The position numbers and the translations under genes were made by a program. From positions 32,001 to 96,000 of the IMG/VR virus record IMGVR_UViG_3300031669_005479: a stretch of 64,000 nt of DNA, one strand, 5' to 3'. Position 1 is the stretch's first letter; each line of letters begins with the position of its first letter. Shown here piece after piece: positions 38,341 through 47,365 of the stretch. Source of the stretch: a virus. Taxonomy: Duplodnaviria; Caudoviricetes. A model generated the notes under the pieces. It made no database searches. It was given only the letters and a program-made list of their open reading frames with translations, and had not been told where the DNA came from.

Positions 38341-39603
38341 CTATAATTCTCTCCAATCAATTGATGCATGAAATGTATCGTTAGCACCATAGTTTATAAT
38401 TTCTAACACTAATACATCGCACACACCGTTAATTTTACTACCAAGTAACAACGAATTTTTAATATCAACAATAATTGAAGACCCACCTTGTGCAGCAGAA
38501 ATACCATTACTTATTTCAATTCCTTGGCCAACAATCGTAGTGTCTGTCGCTAAAAAATTATTTTTGTATTCAATGGCACTATACGTTAATCCAGTGAATG
38601 GAATGTTTGTCCATTGTGTTGGAGTACCATTACGGTTAACTGTTTCATTACCATTATAGTACACCAATGACCAATAAAAATCACCATTAGTTTCATTACT
38701 TGCCGAAACTGTTAATGGTATAACCTCTATCATTCTATCTGTTGCTTTTAATCTGATTGCCAATATTGGTTTACTCAATCCATTATTAATCTGTAATCCA
38801 TCTAATGTAGTTTGAACACTTCGCATAATACCATTAGGATTCACACCACCCTCAGATGATACTGATGAACAAATTTGTGTTAATGTTCCTGCACCGCCAT
38901 TACTTCTAATTTCATAGCGTATTGGTAGATTAGGGTATGCAATATAAACACCAATGGTATTGTTTGCATTTAACACTTGGTGACAATAGTATGTCACACC
39001 ATCAATATTAAAGCCATATCGAATTCTTCCCACACCCAACCATTCAAAATCAATAACAAAAATTTGTGATTTAGTCCAATCAATTTTAATACCAGATGGG
39101 TTTTGTGTTCCACCACTACCATTAAATTTATCTAAATTCCAATTAGATTGAATTATTCTCGTAATACCAGTAATATTTTTCACGACATTAATACTTACAT
39201 CATTGCCATCATTTTCAAAATATAACCCATTTTTAGTCGTGTATGGTGTCGTTGTGATACTATCAAACAATCCAATTCTTTTGGTAACATTTGTTTGTTT
39301 ACTGAATATACCAGTAAAAAAAACTAGCTGACTTTTACCAGATTGATAGTTAAAATATCTTTTTGTTTGTGTGATAACAAAATTATTAGTACCTGCATTT
39401 ACAGTTAAATTATTGGCAGATTCACCAGATATTCTAGCAAATGTTCCACCACTAACGATAGTATCAAAAAATATTGCTGGAGAACTGTTAATAAATTTAA
39501 CGTCAAATATTGTATACAAATCTGATATTCTCAGTCTTCCAAATGCATCTAAATTTGCACTGTCTTTATAGGTAAACTCACTATTTGGTAAATATGACAT
39601 CAC
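38341..39603 (-). CDS. Beta-rich virion protein (lectin/concanavalin-like)
   Basis: DAFGRLRIS, RYFNYQSGKSQL, IDFEWLGVGRIRYGF, NLPIRYEI. Confidence 0.6.
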   Translation of the reverse strand: MMSYLPNSEFTYKDSANLDAFGRLRISDLYTIFDVKFINSSPAIFFDTIVSGGTFARISGESANNLTVNAGTNNFVITQTKRYFNYQSGKSQLVFFTGIFSKQTNVTKRIGLFDSITTTPYTTKNGLYFENDGNDVSINVVKNITGITRIIQSNWNLDKFNGSGGTQNPSGIKIDWTKSQIFVIDFEWLGVGRIRYGFNIDGVTYYCHQVLNANNTIGVYIAYPNLPIRYEIRSNGGAGTLTQICSSVSSEGGVNPNGIMRSVQTTLDGLQINNGLSKPILAIRLKATDRMIEVIPLTVSASNETNGDFYWSLVYYNGNETVNRNGTPTQWTNIPFTGLTYSAIEYKNNFLATDTTIVGQGIEISNGISAAQGGSSIIVDIKNSLLLGSKINGVCDVLVLEIINYGANDTFHASIDWREL

Positions 39604-39627
39604 TTTTCAGTATAAATAAAATTATTT

Positions 39628-40488
39628 TTAAATAACATACCAATTCAAACCGCCATCATTATATAATGTAATTGACCCACCATTGACGTTAAGTGATATA
39701 TTTGAAGACTTTTCAATATAATTTCCAGTCGATGCACTAAAGATAATATTATTATTTTTAGCATTAAATCCCTCATCCTTAAATATCCAATGTATATTAT
39801 TTCCAACAATTGATATGTTAGGTAAATTAATATATACTGTGCCACCACTAGTGCTTAAGATTCCAATTATTTTATCTGTAGCTAATGGTGTATAACTTAG
39901 TGCATTTACTGCAGTTCTCTTATATGTAGAACCTGAATATACGTTAAATTCGGATTTACTTAAAAATGTTGCAGGTACTGTTGTGCCTGAATATGCATTA
40001 AATTCTGATTTACTTAAAAATGTTGCAGGTGCAGTAGTGCCAGTATAATTTGCAAATACGGTTTTATCTACTTTTGCATTTAAATCTACCAGATATGCAA
40101 TCGTACCATCGGCGTTTTGAATAGTTAAATTTCTAAACGTATTTGTTGTAATGCCCGAAATTACAAACATTATGCCTTTACTGGTGTCACTACTATCAAT
40201 TATCTGAAAATTATTTGACTTAAATCCATCTGGAACATCACCCAAATATTTCCAAATACTACCATTGCTAAAGTAAAGTCCAGCTGGCTTTCTATCCAAT
40301 ACCGTTGTACCACTTCCACTTCTTACAACATATATCTGGTTGCTTGCTGAAGATGCTAACGGCAAACTCGAATAAATATTAACTTCAGAATATGTTGATC
40401 CAGTTATTGACGTGCCACCACTACTAGTGAAATCGCCACTAAATAAAAATACCTTACCTGTTAATAAATCAATTGTAAATGTTGCCAT
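39628..40488 (-). CDS. Fibre/decoration protein
   Basis: G/S/T-rich, 18-aa duplication, C-terminal VYINLP...IFKDEG...NNII...SITLY module shared with other fibre genes. Confidence 0.6.
   Translation of the reverse strand: MATFTIDLLTGKVFLFSGDFTSSGGTSITGSTYSEVNIYSSLPLASSASNQIYVVRSGSGTTVLDRKPAGLYFSNGSIWKYLGDVPDGFKSNNFQIIDSSDTSKGIMFVISGITTNTFRNLTIQNADGTIAYLVDLNAKVDKTVFANYTGTTAPATFLSKSEFNAYSGTTVPATFLSKSEFNVYSGSTYKRTAVNALSYTPLATDKIIGILSTSGGTVYINLPNISIVGNNIHWIFKDEGFNAKNNNIIFSASTGNYIEKSSNISLNVNGGSITLYNDGGLNWYVI
39953..40030. repeat. 54-bp coding duplication
   Basis: gatttacttaaaaatgttgcaggt at 39953 and 40007 (TxPATFLSKSEFN x2). Confidence 0.8.
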
Positions 40489-40553
40489 TAACTATTCTTT
40501 TTAATAAATACTTATTGGATTTGAATTTACTTCCAACTTAGTAAAAATAAAAA

Positions 40554-40574
40554 AAGGAACTGCAGTAGTTCCTT
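40554..40574 (-). terminator. Intrinsic terminator
   Basis: aaggaact-gcagt-agttcctt preceded by an A-run on plus (U-run on minus). Confidence 0.65.
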
Positions 40575-40600
40575 GGTGTATTGCTTTTACATATTTTCAA

Positions 40601-40846
40601 TTAAATCGAATAGTCATAAGTATCCCTTAAGTCCCAAACATATTTAAAATCTTGATCACCATTTGGAAATCCAAAATGCCAAACACTTCCAACCATCCAA
40701 ATCCGTCTAATTCTCCAATTTGGTTTGCCCAAATCTTTACTATTTATTGATTGTCCAACATAAAATTCTGTTGATGATATTTCGTCAATTATTAATGGTG
40801 TTGTGACATCGAAAGACTGTATATTAAAATCACTACTATCAAACAT
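40601..40846 (-). CDS. Small conserved phage protein; probable start MFDSS at 40846
   Basis: FYVG...WRIRRI...GFPNGDQDFKYVWD; GTATTTAT motif at 40861-40868. Confidence 0.6.
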   Translation of the reverse strand: MFDSSDFNIQSFDVTTPLIIDEISSTEFYVGQSINSKDLGKPNWRIRRIWMVGSVWHFGFPNGDQDFKYVWDLRDTYDYSI

Positions 40847-40908
40847 ATTATTATTTTTATATAAATACAAATAATATTGATAAAATGACTATGATTTATC
40901 AAATACTA

Positions 40909-41241
40909 TCACAACAAATATTTTAAAAATCCAAATTTTTTTCTTGTTTTCAAATAATTTGGATTATTTTGATTTGCATACGCCTCCCTTTCAAAACTAA
41001 TATTCATATATGCATTTCCAAATGGTAATCTTAATAACCATTCAACAAAATACCACATATAAAAAAATATACACAGTAGTTCTTTTTGTTGCATCCAATG
41101 AATTTCTTCATGATTAATTGTAGATGGGTTTATTGGATATGGTTGTTCTTTTACATAAATTCCGAATGGATATAATGTTATTGCAATTACATCTTCAGAG
41201 ACAAAGAATTTTAGTAATCCACTTATTTTTTTTATTTTCAT
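40909..41241 (-). CDS. Small membrane-associated zinc metallopeptidase-like protein
   Basis: NHEEIHWMQQKE (HExxH), hydrophobic helix, ISFEREAY. Confidence 0.65.
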   Translation of the reverse strand: MKIKKISGLLKFFVSEDVIAITLYPFGIYVKEQPYPINPSTINHEEIHWMQQKELLCIFFYMWYFVEWLLRLPFGNAYMNISFEREAYANQNNPNYLKTRKKFGFLKYLL

Positions 41242-41262
41242 AACATTTTATTATTTTTTACA

Positions 41263-41643
41263 TTAGCCTTGTGTAATACTAATATACGCATTGGGATATA
41301 TAGAAGCAACAGTAATTGTTGCTGTTCTTGGACCGAGAGATGATGTAACTGTTACCGTAAATCCTCCAGTTCCAGTGCCGCTAGAAGAACTAAGTGTACA
41401 CCATGTTTGATTAGATGTCGCAGCCCAACTAATAGTTGGGTCTGTTGTTACCAACACATCGTTTAAACTAGTTGGAAGTCCATTTAATGCAAAAGTAATG
41501 CTTGTGGGTGAAACAGTCAAAGTATTTAATAATACCGTAAATGTCACGCCATCAATTGTATTGATATTGGCGGCTAACACCCCATTTATTGATGCTACGT
41601 TAGAATCTGTTACTCCTGCTATACTCGATACTGTATTACTCAT
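41263..41643 (-). CDS. BACON-domain virion protein
   Basis: LTVSPTSITF...SWAATSNQTWCTLSSSSGTG...RTATITV...ISITQG. Confidence 0.75.
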   Translation of the reverse strand: MSNTVSSIAGVTDSNVASINGVLAANINTIDGVTFTVLLNTLTVSPTSITFALNGLPTSLNDVLVTTDPTISWAATSNQTWCTLSSSSGTGTGGFTVTVTSSLGPRTATITVASIYPNAYISITQG

Positions 41644-41655
41644 TGTTTCAAATAT

Positions 41656-43164
41656 TTATTTTAGTAGTATTACATCAGGTGATGGGTTAAATATGAAATT
41701 GTGTGAACTTACTGCAGTTCCTATTGATTGGACATACTGTCCTGCTGTGGTTGGTCTAGTAGTAGTGGGTAACCCAGTTGTTCCTAAGTACACTGGCGCG
41801 CCCACTGTAAGGGTAACTGAGTTATAGCTATTACCTCCAAAAAGTAGAAATGAACCAGATGCGCCACTTCCAACACTACTTGTAGAATTATTAACTCCAA
41901 CTACTCTTGCTTTTGCAGCAGTATCTGCTCTCGCAATACCAACAGTTCCAGATGTTGTAACATAAATTAATGAACCAGCAGTAATTGTTTCTGCTGCCGT
42001 AAAGGTAGCATAAATTCCTTTAGAAGAATTACTATAGGAGGAAATTGTCGTAAGATCAAATACTGAGGTAATATCTTGTGTTCCTTTATAATAATTATTA
42101 GCAGTTAAGTTATTAGCAGCCCAATCAACAGTTGATAAGTTGCTATTACCAGAATGCCATAATTTATAACCTGTTCCTGCTAAATACCGATAAGTTAATG
42201 TTCCTGCTATTCCAGCATCATAAATTCTATGACGTTCAGTTCCATCCCCATCTCTGAATACTATATCACCACTATCTGTACTACCCGAAGCAGCCTGTAA
42301 ACTAAGATCACCACCATTTTGAACACTTATACTACTAGCAGCCCAAGGAACAGTTGGTAGGTTACTATTGGTTGGGTTGTAGTAATAACTACCATCTTGA
42401 CCATCTAATTTATCAGCATCCAAACCCGATCCTGCACCATCGTTACCTGCACTCCATAATAATCCACCATTGGCATATATACTACCAGAAGATGAATACA
42501 TTCTGCTGTCATAATCAGTTGTTGCTGCGTTTGTTTCGTGAAAATCTAGGTATTTACCGACCTCCATAACACCGTCAGGCCCAATATAAGTTATACCATC
42601 CCAATTTGAACCAGTTGAAACAGTTCCGTGTCCTCTTAACGTATCAGCATCCAAACCACTGCCTACACCATCATTATTCTCATTCCATATTTTATATCCA
42701 TTATACTTGGGAGTAGTTCCATCATCTGAGAATAAGCTATTCCCTATTGCAGAAGTTCCAGTAAATTTTGGGAGATTATTGGCAGTTCCAGTACCAGAAA
42801 TTCCACCAGATACACTTGCATTAATTGCAATATAACTACCATTGCATGTTAGCGTAATATTTGTCCCACCACTTAAAGTCTTAAGCTGTATACTATTGTT
42901 ATTTAAACCAGTATATATTGTTCCATTTCCAGTTCCTAAATTCGTTGCACCACTAACGCTAATAATAGGTGTTTGCCAACTACCAACACCGTTGGCATCT
43001 GAAGTAAAAACCTTACCCAATCCTTTATTATCAACTATTGATATTGTACCACCATTTTCAATGATATATTTGCCATATACTTCAGTACAGCCAGATAGTT
43101 TTAAAACATCAGCAATGCTTTGCTCAAATTTGTCGCTATTTAAATTAGGTTTAGTATCAATCAC
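41656..43164 (-). CDS. Tail fibre protein
   Basis: Two DGxGSGLDAD motifs, GVMEVGKYLDFH, C-terminal trimer/cement-like module (GAPVYLG...QSIGTAVS). Confidence 0.75.
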   Translation of the reverse strand: MIDTKPNLNSDKFEQSIADVLKLSGCTEVYGKYIIENGGTISIVDNKGLGKVFTSDANGVGSWQTPIISVSGATNLGTGNGTIYTGLNNNSIQLKTLSGGTNITLTCNGSYIAINASVSGGISGTGTANNLPKFTGTSAIGNSLFSDDGTTPKYNGYKIWNENNDGVGSGLDADTLRGHGTVSTGSNWDGITYIGPDGVMEVGKYLDFHETNAATTDYDSRMYSSSGSIYANGGLLWSAGNDGAGSGLDADKLDGQDGSYYYNPTNSNLPTVPWAASSISVQNGGDLSLQAASGSTDSGDIVFRDGDGTERHRIYDAGIAGTLTYRYLAGTGYKLWHSGNSNLSTVDWAANNLTANNYYKGTQDITSVFDLTTISSYSNSSKGIYATFTAAETITAGSLIYVTTSGTVGIARADTAAKARVVGVNNSTSSVGSGASGSFLLFGGNSYNSVTLTVGAPVYLGTTGLPTTTRPTTAGQYVQSIGTAVSSHNFIFNPSPDVILLK

Positions 43165-43213
43165 AACATGAATATTTTCATAATATATTATTTAGGTGTA
43201 TTATTATTACTAC

Positions 43214-44107
43214 TTACTGTAATACATTCCAACTATATGTAAATATACCATAAGTATATTTCCAATCCATGCTCACAATCGAACCTGCTGCAATATCTGT
43301 GGCAGCAACATTAGTATAGTACTTATTTATTGTTTCATAATTTGATGGAAATGATATATTACTATCTGAAAATGTAATAATACTTGTACTAGCATTATTT
43401 AATATAACATTTCCATACATGCCATCGCCTAATTCAGAAATCAGTAAATTAAATGTATTACTAATTAAATCGCCATTATTGAAAACTTTCGTATAATTTT
43501 TACTAATTGGGCAATTAATAATCAAAACACTACCACCAAAATCAGTTAAATTTGCATCATAGTATCTATAATATTCCCTACTCATATTAGTTTTATATAT
43601 ACTACTCGTACCAGTAAGATAGTATGATGTTATTGTTAACTCACAAGTATCGTAAGTTCCAACAACAACAATACCTGGATACAATATCGTATTATAACTA
43701 GGCAATTCAACATTTGAAATAACAAAATCTTTACTTTGAGATATAAGATATATCTTATATCCAGAATCGCTATTTGACTGGCCAACAATTCTAATTCTAG
43801 TCATGGTAGATTCACTACTACCACTAGTGATTGGTGGTAATGCAATCGCATAATCATTACTTGCACTAATATTTATTGTATTTCCAATATCATTAGGTGA
43901 TAATACATATGTTGGTATAATAGCATAATTACCAACTCCAAGTGTAATTCCCATACCATTTGATAAAAATAGTTGATTACTGCTATTTCCAGTTATAAAT
44001 GATGCACGGTATTTATAGTATCCATCATACATTATAACAGTTCTATTTTTATGTTCATCTGTAGTCCAAGTCTGAGTTGTATCTGTATAATTAACAGGTA
44101 TTGCCAT
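43214..44107 (-). CDS. Beta-rich virion/fibre-associated protein
   Basis: 297 aa, S/T/N/Y-rich, in the fibre cluster. Confidence 0.55.
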   Translation of the reverse strand: MAIPVNYTDTTQTWTTDEHKNRTVIMYDGYYKYRASFITGNSSNQLFLSNGMGITLGVGNYAIIPTYVLSPNDIGNTINISASNDYAIALPPITSGSSESTMTRIRIVGQSNSDSGYKIYLISQSKDFVISNVELPSYNTILYPGIVVVGTYDTCELTITSYYLTGTSSIYKTNMSREYYRYYDANLTDFGGSVLIINCPISKNYTKVFNNGDLISNTFNLLISELGDGMYGNVILNNASTSIITFSDSNISFPSNYETINKYYTNVAATDIAAGSIVSMDWKYTYGIFTYSWNVLQ

Positions 44108-44134
44108 TTTTTTATATTTTATTGTTTAATATTA

Positions 44135-46219
44135 TTATGATGTAAATGTTGATTTAACGTAATACGATGCGCTGCTAGCTAAATTTATTGGCATACTAGA
44201 TACACTAGCATTAATTGTAATGTAACTACCATTGCATGTTAGTGTAACATTTGTTCCACCACTTAATGTTTTAAATTGTATACTATTGTTACTTATACCA
44301 GTATATATCGTTCCATTTCCAGTCCCTAAATTTGTTGCACCAGTAATTCCACCACCAGATGCTGTAGCATATGTTAATTCGTGTGTAGCATTATCATAAA
44401 ACACCGCATTTGATTTGCTTGCATTGGTTAATCCAGAAATATATGTTTTCCCCCTTATGCAAAGTTTTTCATTATCAAACTCACCGTAAATCAACGATTT
44501 GTTTGGGTAATTTGCAACATATAGTTTATTTGAACCCATTTCATTATATCCAGAACCATTACCAATTGCAACATTATTTGTACCACCAGTATTACTGAAT
44601 AATGCAGTAAAACCAATAGCAATATTATTATTTCCAGTTGTATTATAGTATAGTGCTTGATATCCATTAGCAATATTAAAACATCCAGAAGTATTGTTAT
44701 ATAGTACGCTCGTCCCATTAGCAATATTATTATTTCCAGTTGTATTATAGTATAGTGCTTGATACCCATTAACAATATTATAACTTCCAGAAGTATTGTT
44801 ATATAGTACGCTCGTCCCATTAGCAATATTATAACTTCCAGTTGTATTGCAGTTTAGTGCACTAAACCCATTAGCAATATTATTATTTCCAGTTGTATTA
44901 TAGTATAGTGCTTGATATCCATTAGCAATATTAAAACATCCAGAAGTATTGTTATATAGTACGCTCGTCCCATTAGCAATATTATAATATCCAGTTGTAT
45001 TACTGAATAATGCCCTAGTCCCATTAGCAATATTATTATTTCCAGTTGTATTATAGTATAGTGCTTGACATCCATTAGCAATATTATAACATCCAGAAGT
45101 ATTGTTATATAGTACGCTCGTCCCATTAGCAATATTATTATTTCCAGTTGTATTATAGTATAGTGCTTGATATCCATTAGCAATATTATAACATCCAGAA
45201 GTATTACTGTTTAGTGCTAGATATCCCAAACCAATGTTATTGTAACCACAAGTTGTTTTAGCGAGTGCTTGGTATCCCAAACCAATGTTATAGTAACCAC
45301 TTATCAGACCACATCCAATTGCACATTGACCAATAGCAATATTATGCCCATCACTACTATTACTAAAATATAGTGCTCGATATCCCAATGCAATATTATT
45401 ACTACTTGTTGTAATCGATTTACCTGCATCGCATCCAAACAAAATATTATCAGTTGCAGTTGTTAATCCAGTTGGAATATTTTTACAGGTATATACAACA
45501 TCATTCGGCGTAACCACAACCGAACCGCTAGTATCCGCATTAATTGTAATATAGTTACCATTACATGTTAGATTAATATTAGTTCCACCACTCAATGTTT
45601 TTAGTTGAATATTGCAATTACTCAAACCAGTATATATTGCCCCACTTCCCGTTCCTAAGTTTGTTACACCAGTAACTGTGATAGTTGGTGTTGGCGTTAA
45701 TTCAATTGCACCATTAATCGAATTTCTACAAAGCAATTTGCCACTACCCGTTGGTGTATTTAGTATTGCCAAACTAGGAACTATGACCGAATTACAATAC
45801 GTATTTGCACCAATTTCAACACCATTTAGACCAACAATTGTTGCATTTGTGTTTCCACTAAAAATTATATTATTATATCCACCAATAATATTAGCACCGC
45901 ATGAACAACTAGTATTACCACAACCAATTGTAACGCTATTGGTACATAGTGCGACTGCACCATTACCAATACTTATTGATGAATTACCACAACTAAATGA
46001 ATTTGAACCAATTTGTAGTGTTTTTTCTGTGTGACCTGCATTAAAAATTGTTTCACCACAAATTCGATATCCACTATTTGAATCAATTTCACCGTGAATT
46101 CCACAAATAACTGTACAACCACCTAAATGCAACACATCTGTACATCCCGTTTGATTGTATGTTTGTATAAATTGTTCATCCCTTAAATGTGGTCTATTAC
46201 TATATTTCCAATTTTCCAT
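44135..46219 (-). CDS. Fibre/adhesin with YadA-head-like beta-roll repeats
   Basis: About 17 units of a 17-aa repeat NIANGYQALYYNTTGNN; two GxTNLGTG...QxKTLSGGTN cassettes. Confidence 0.8.
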   Translation of the reverse strand: MENWKYSNRPHLRDEQFIQTYNQTGCTDVLHLGGCTVICGIHGEIDSNSGYRICGETIFNAGHTEKTLQIGSNSFSCGNSSISIGNGAVALCTNSVTIGCGNTSCSCGANIIGGYNNIIFSGNTNATIVGLNGVEIGANTYCNSVIVPSLAILNTPTGSGKLLCRNSINGAIELTPTPTITVTGVTNLGTGSGAIYTGLSNCNIQLKTLSGGTNINLTCNGNYITINADTSGSVVVTPNDVVYTCKNIPTGLTTATDNILFGCDAGKSITTSSNNIALGYRALYFSNSSDGHNIAIGQCAIGCGLISGYYNIGLGYQALAKTTCGYNNIGLGYLALNSNTSGCYNIANGYQALYYNTTGNNNIANGTSVLYNNTSGCYNIANGCQALYYNTTGNNNIANGTRALFSNTTGYYNIANGTSVLYNNTSGCFNIANGYQALYYNTTGNNNIANGFSALNCNTTGSYNIANGTSVLYNNTSGSYNIVNGYQALYYNTTGNNNIANGTSVLYNNTSGCFNIANGYQALYYNTTGNNNIAIGFTALFSNTGGTNNVAIGNGSGYNEMGSNKLYVANYPNKSLIYGEFDNEKLCIRGKTYISGLTNASKSNAVFYDNATHELTYATASGGGITGATNLGTGNGTIYTGISNNSIQFKTLSGGTNVTLTCNGSYITINASVSSMPINLASSASYYVKSTFTS
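44560..45320. repeat. 51-bp coding tandem repeat array
   Basis: ccattagcaatatt recurs every 51 nt; boundaries approximate. Confidence 0.9.
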
Positions 46220-46269
46220 TACTAATGTTTTTTCATAATAATAAATACTATAAAATTTAAGTTAAAATA

Positions 46270-46299
46270 AAAAACCTTGTCATATTCGACAAGGTTTTT
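46270..46299 (-). terminator. Intrinsic terminator
   Basis: aaaaaccttgtc-atattc-gacaaggttttt. Confidence 0.8.
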
Positions 46300-46320
46300 A
46301 ACTAACAATTAAATAATGGC

Positions 46321-47232
46321 CTATTTTTGTTTATTTACTGCTTCAATTATCTTATTTATATCAAAAACATTCACAGTATCATAAGGAAAGGCTTGTATTT
46401 GCCCATCAATTGTAAATTTATCTAAATATGAAAATTTATTTAACTCTCTCACATACTCTGCATTTGGTGTAATATTTATGTGTTCTGGATAACCAAAAAC
46501 TTCTGGTTTATTACCTATCCAAACAACGGTGCTCTGCAAATTCAATGCTGCTGCAACATGCTGTGCAAACGAATCTATAAATAATCTTTTACTACTTAAA
46601 GGAAAAACTGCATACAGTTCTCTAAATGGAAGTGTCAACGCCTCAACGCCTTGCAATACAGGTTGTTCTGGTGATTTTATATGCAATATTCTATAGGACT
46701 TGCTGTAGTAATTTACGAGTTCTTGTGCTATTTCAATTGGCATATCTCTAAACCAAGATTTCTTGCTATATTGTGTATTTGGACTTCCACCATGTGTTTG
46801 CAATAACATTATTGGCTTACCATCTGGTTTAATTTTATCTCTTGCTATTTCTAATTCACGTGGATTTATATATATTTTTGGTTTATACCCATCGTATGGA
46901 ATGTTATACATATCGCACCAAGACTGCGTAAGATGTTTTCTTTGTAAAATATGATCTTCTGTATGATATACTTCCTGACGAAAAATTTTAGTGTTTTCAT
47001 TAATATAGTCATCATAAAAGTATTGCATCTGCCCAAAAGTATAAAAACGCCAAACATCTGGGTTATAAAAAAATGGCCCATCCCATGCAGTCACAACAAT
47101 TAATTTATATTCTGGATATGCTTTTTTTATTGCACGACATACTGCTGTCGCTGAAACTTGCTTACCATGTCCTCCTTCTGAATGAAAAATTACAAATTTA
47201 TCATTAGGATTTATTGATTTATCGTTTTCCAT
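46321..47232 (-). CDS. GT-B glycosyltransferase (GT9 / heptosyltransferase-like)
   Basis: EGGHGKQVSATAVCRAIKKAYP, LLQTHGG, WFRD, LFIDSFAQHVAAALNLQSTVVW. Confidence 0.75.
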   Translation of the reverse strand: MENDKSINPNDKFVIFHSEGGHGKQVSATAVCRAIKKAYPEYKLIVVTAWDGPFFYNPDVWRFYTFGQMQYFYDDYINENTKIFRQEVYHTEDHILQRKHLTQSWCDMYNIPYDGYKPKIYINPRELEIARDKIKPDGKPIMLLQTHGGSPNTQYSKKSWFRDMPIEIAQELVNYYSKSYRILHIKSPEQPVLQGVEALTLPFRELYAVFPLSSKRLFIDSFAQHVAAALNLQSTVVWIGNKPEVFGYPEHINITPNAEYVRELNKFSYLDKFTIDGQIQAFPYDTVNVFDINKIIEAVNKQK

Positions 47233-47365
47233 ATGTTTGTTAACTAAAAATAATTATAATTTTTTATATTTTTTTATAAATACGAAGATAATCATGAAAA
47301 TTCAAATAAATTGAAAAAAAATGAAAAATTTTTAGATTACATTTTTTATTAATGTTTACTTACTA

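Noticed and set aside
44491-45183. Alternative-frame minus-strand ORFs with repeats (MLMGRAYYITILL...)
   Set aside because: By-products of the in-frame 51-nt repeat lacking stops in a second frame.
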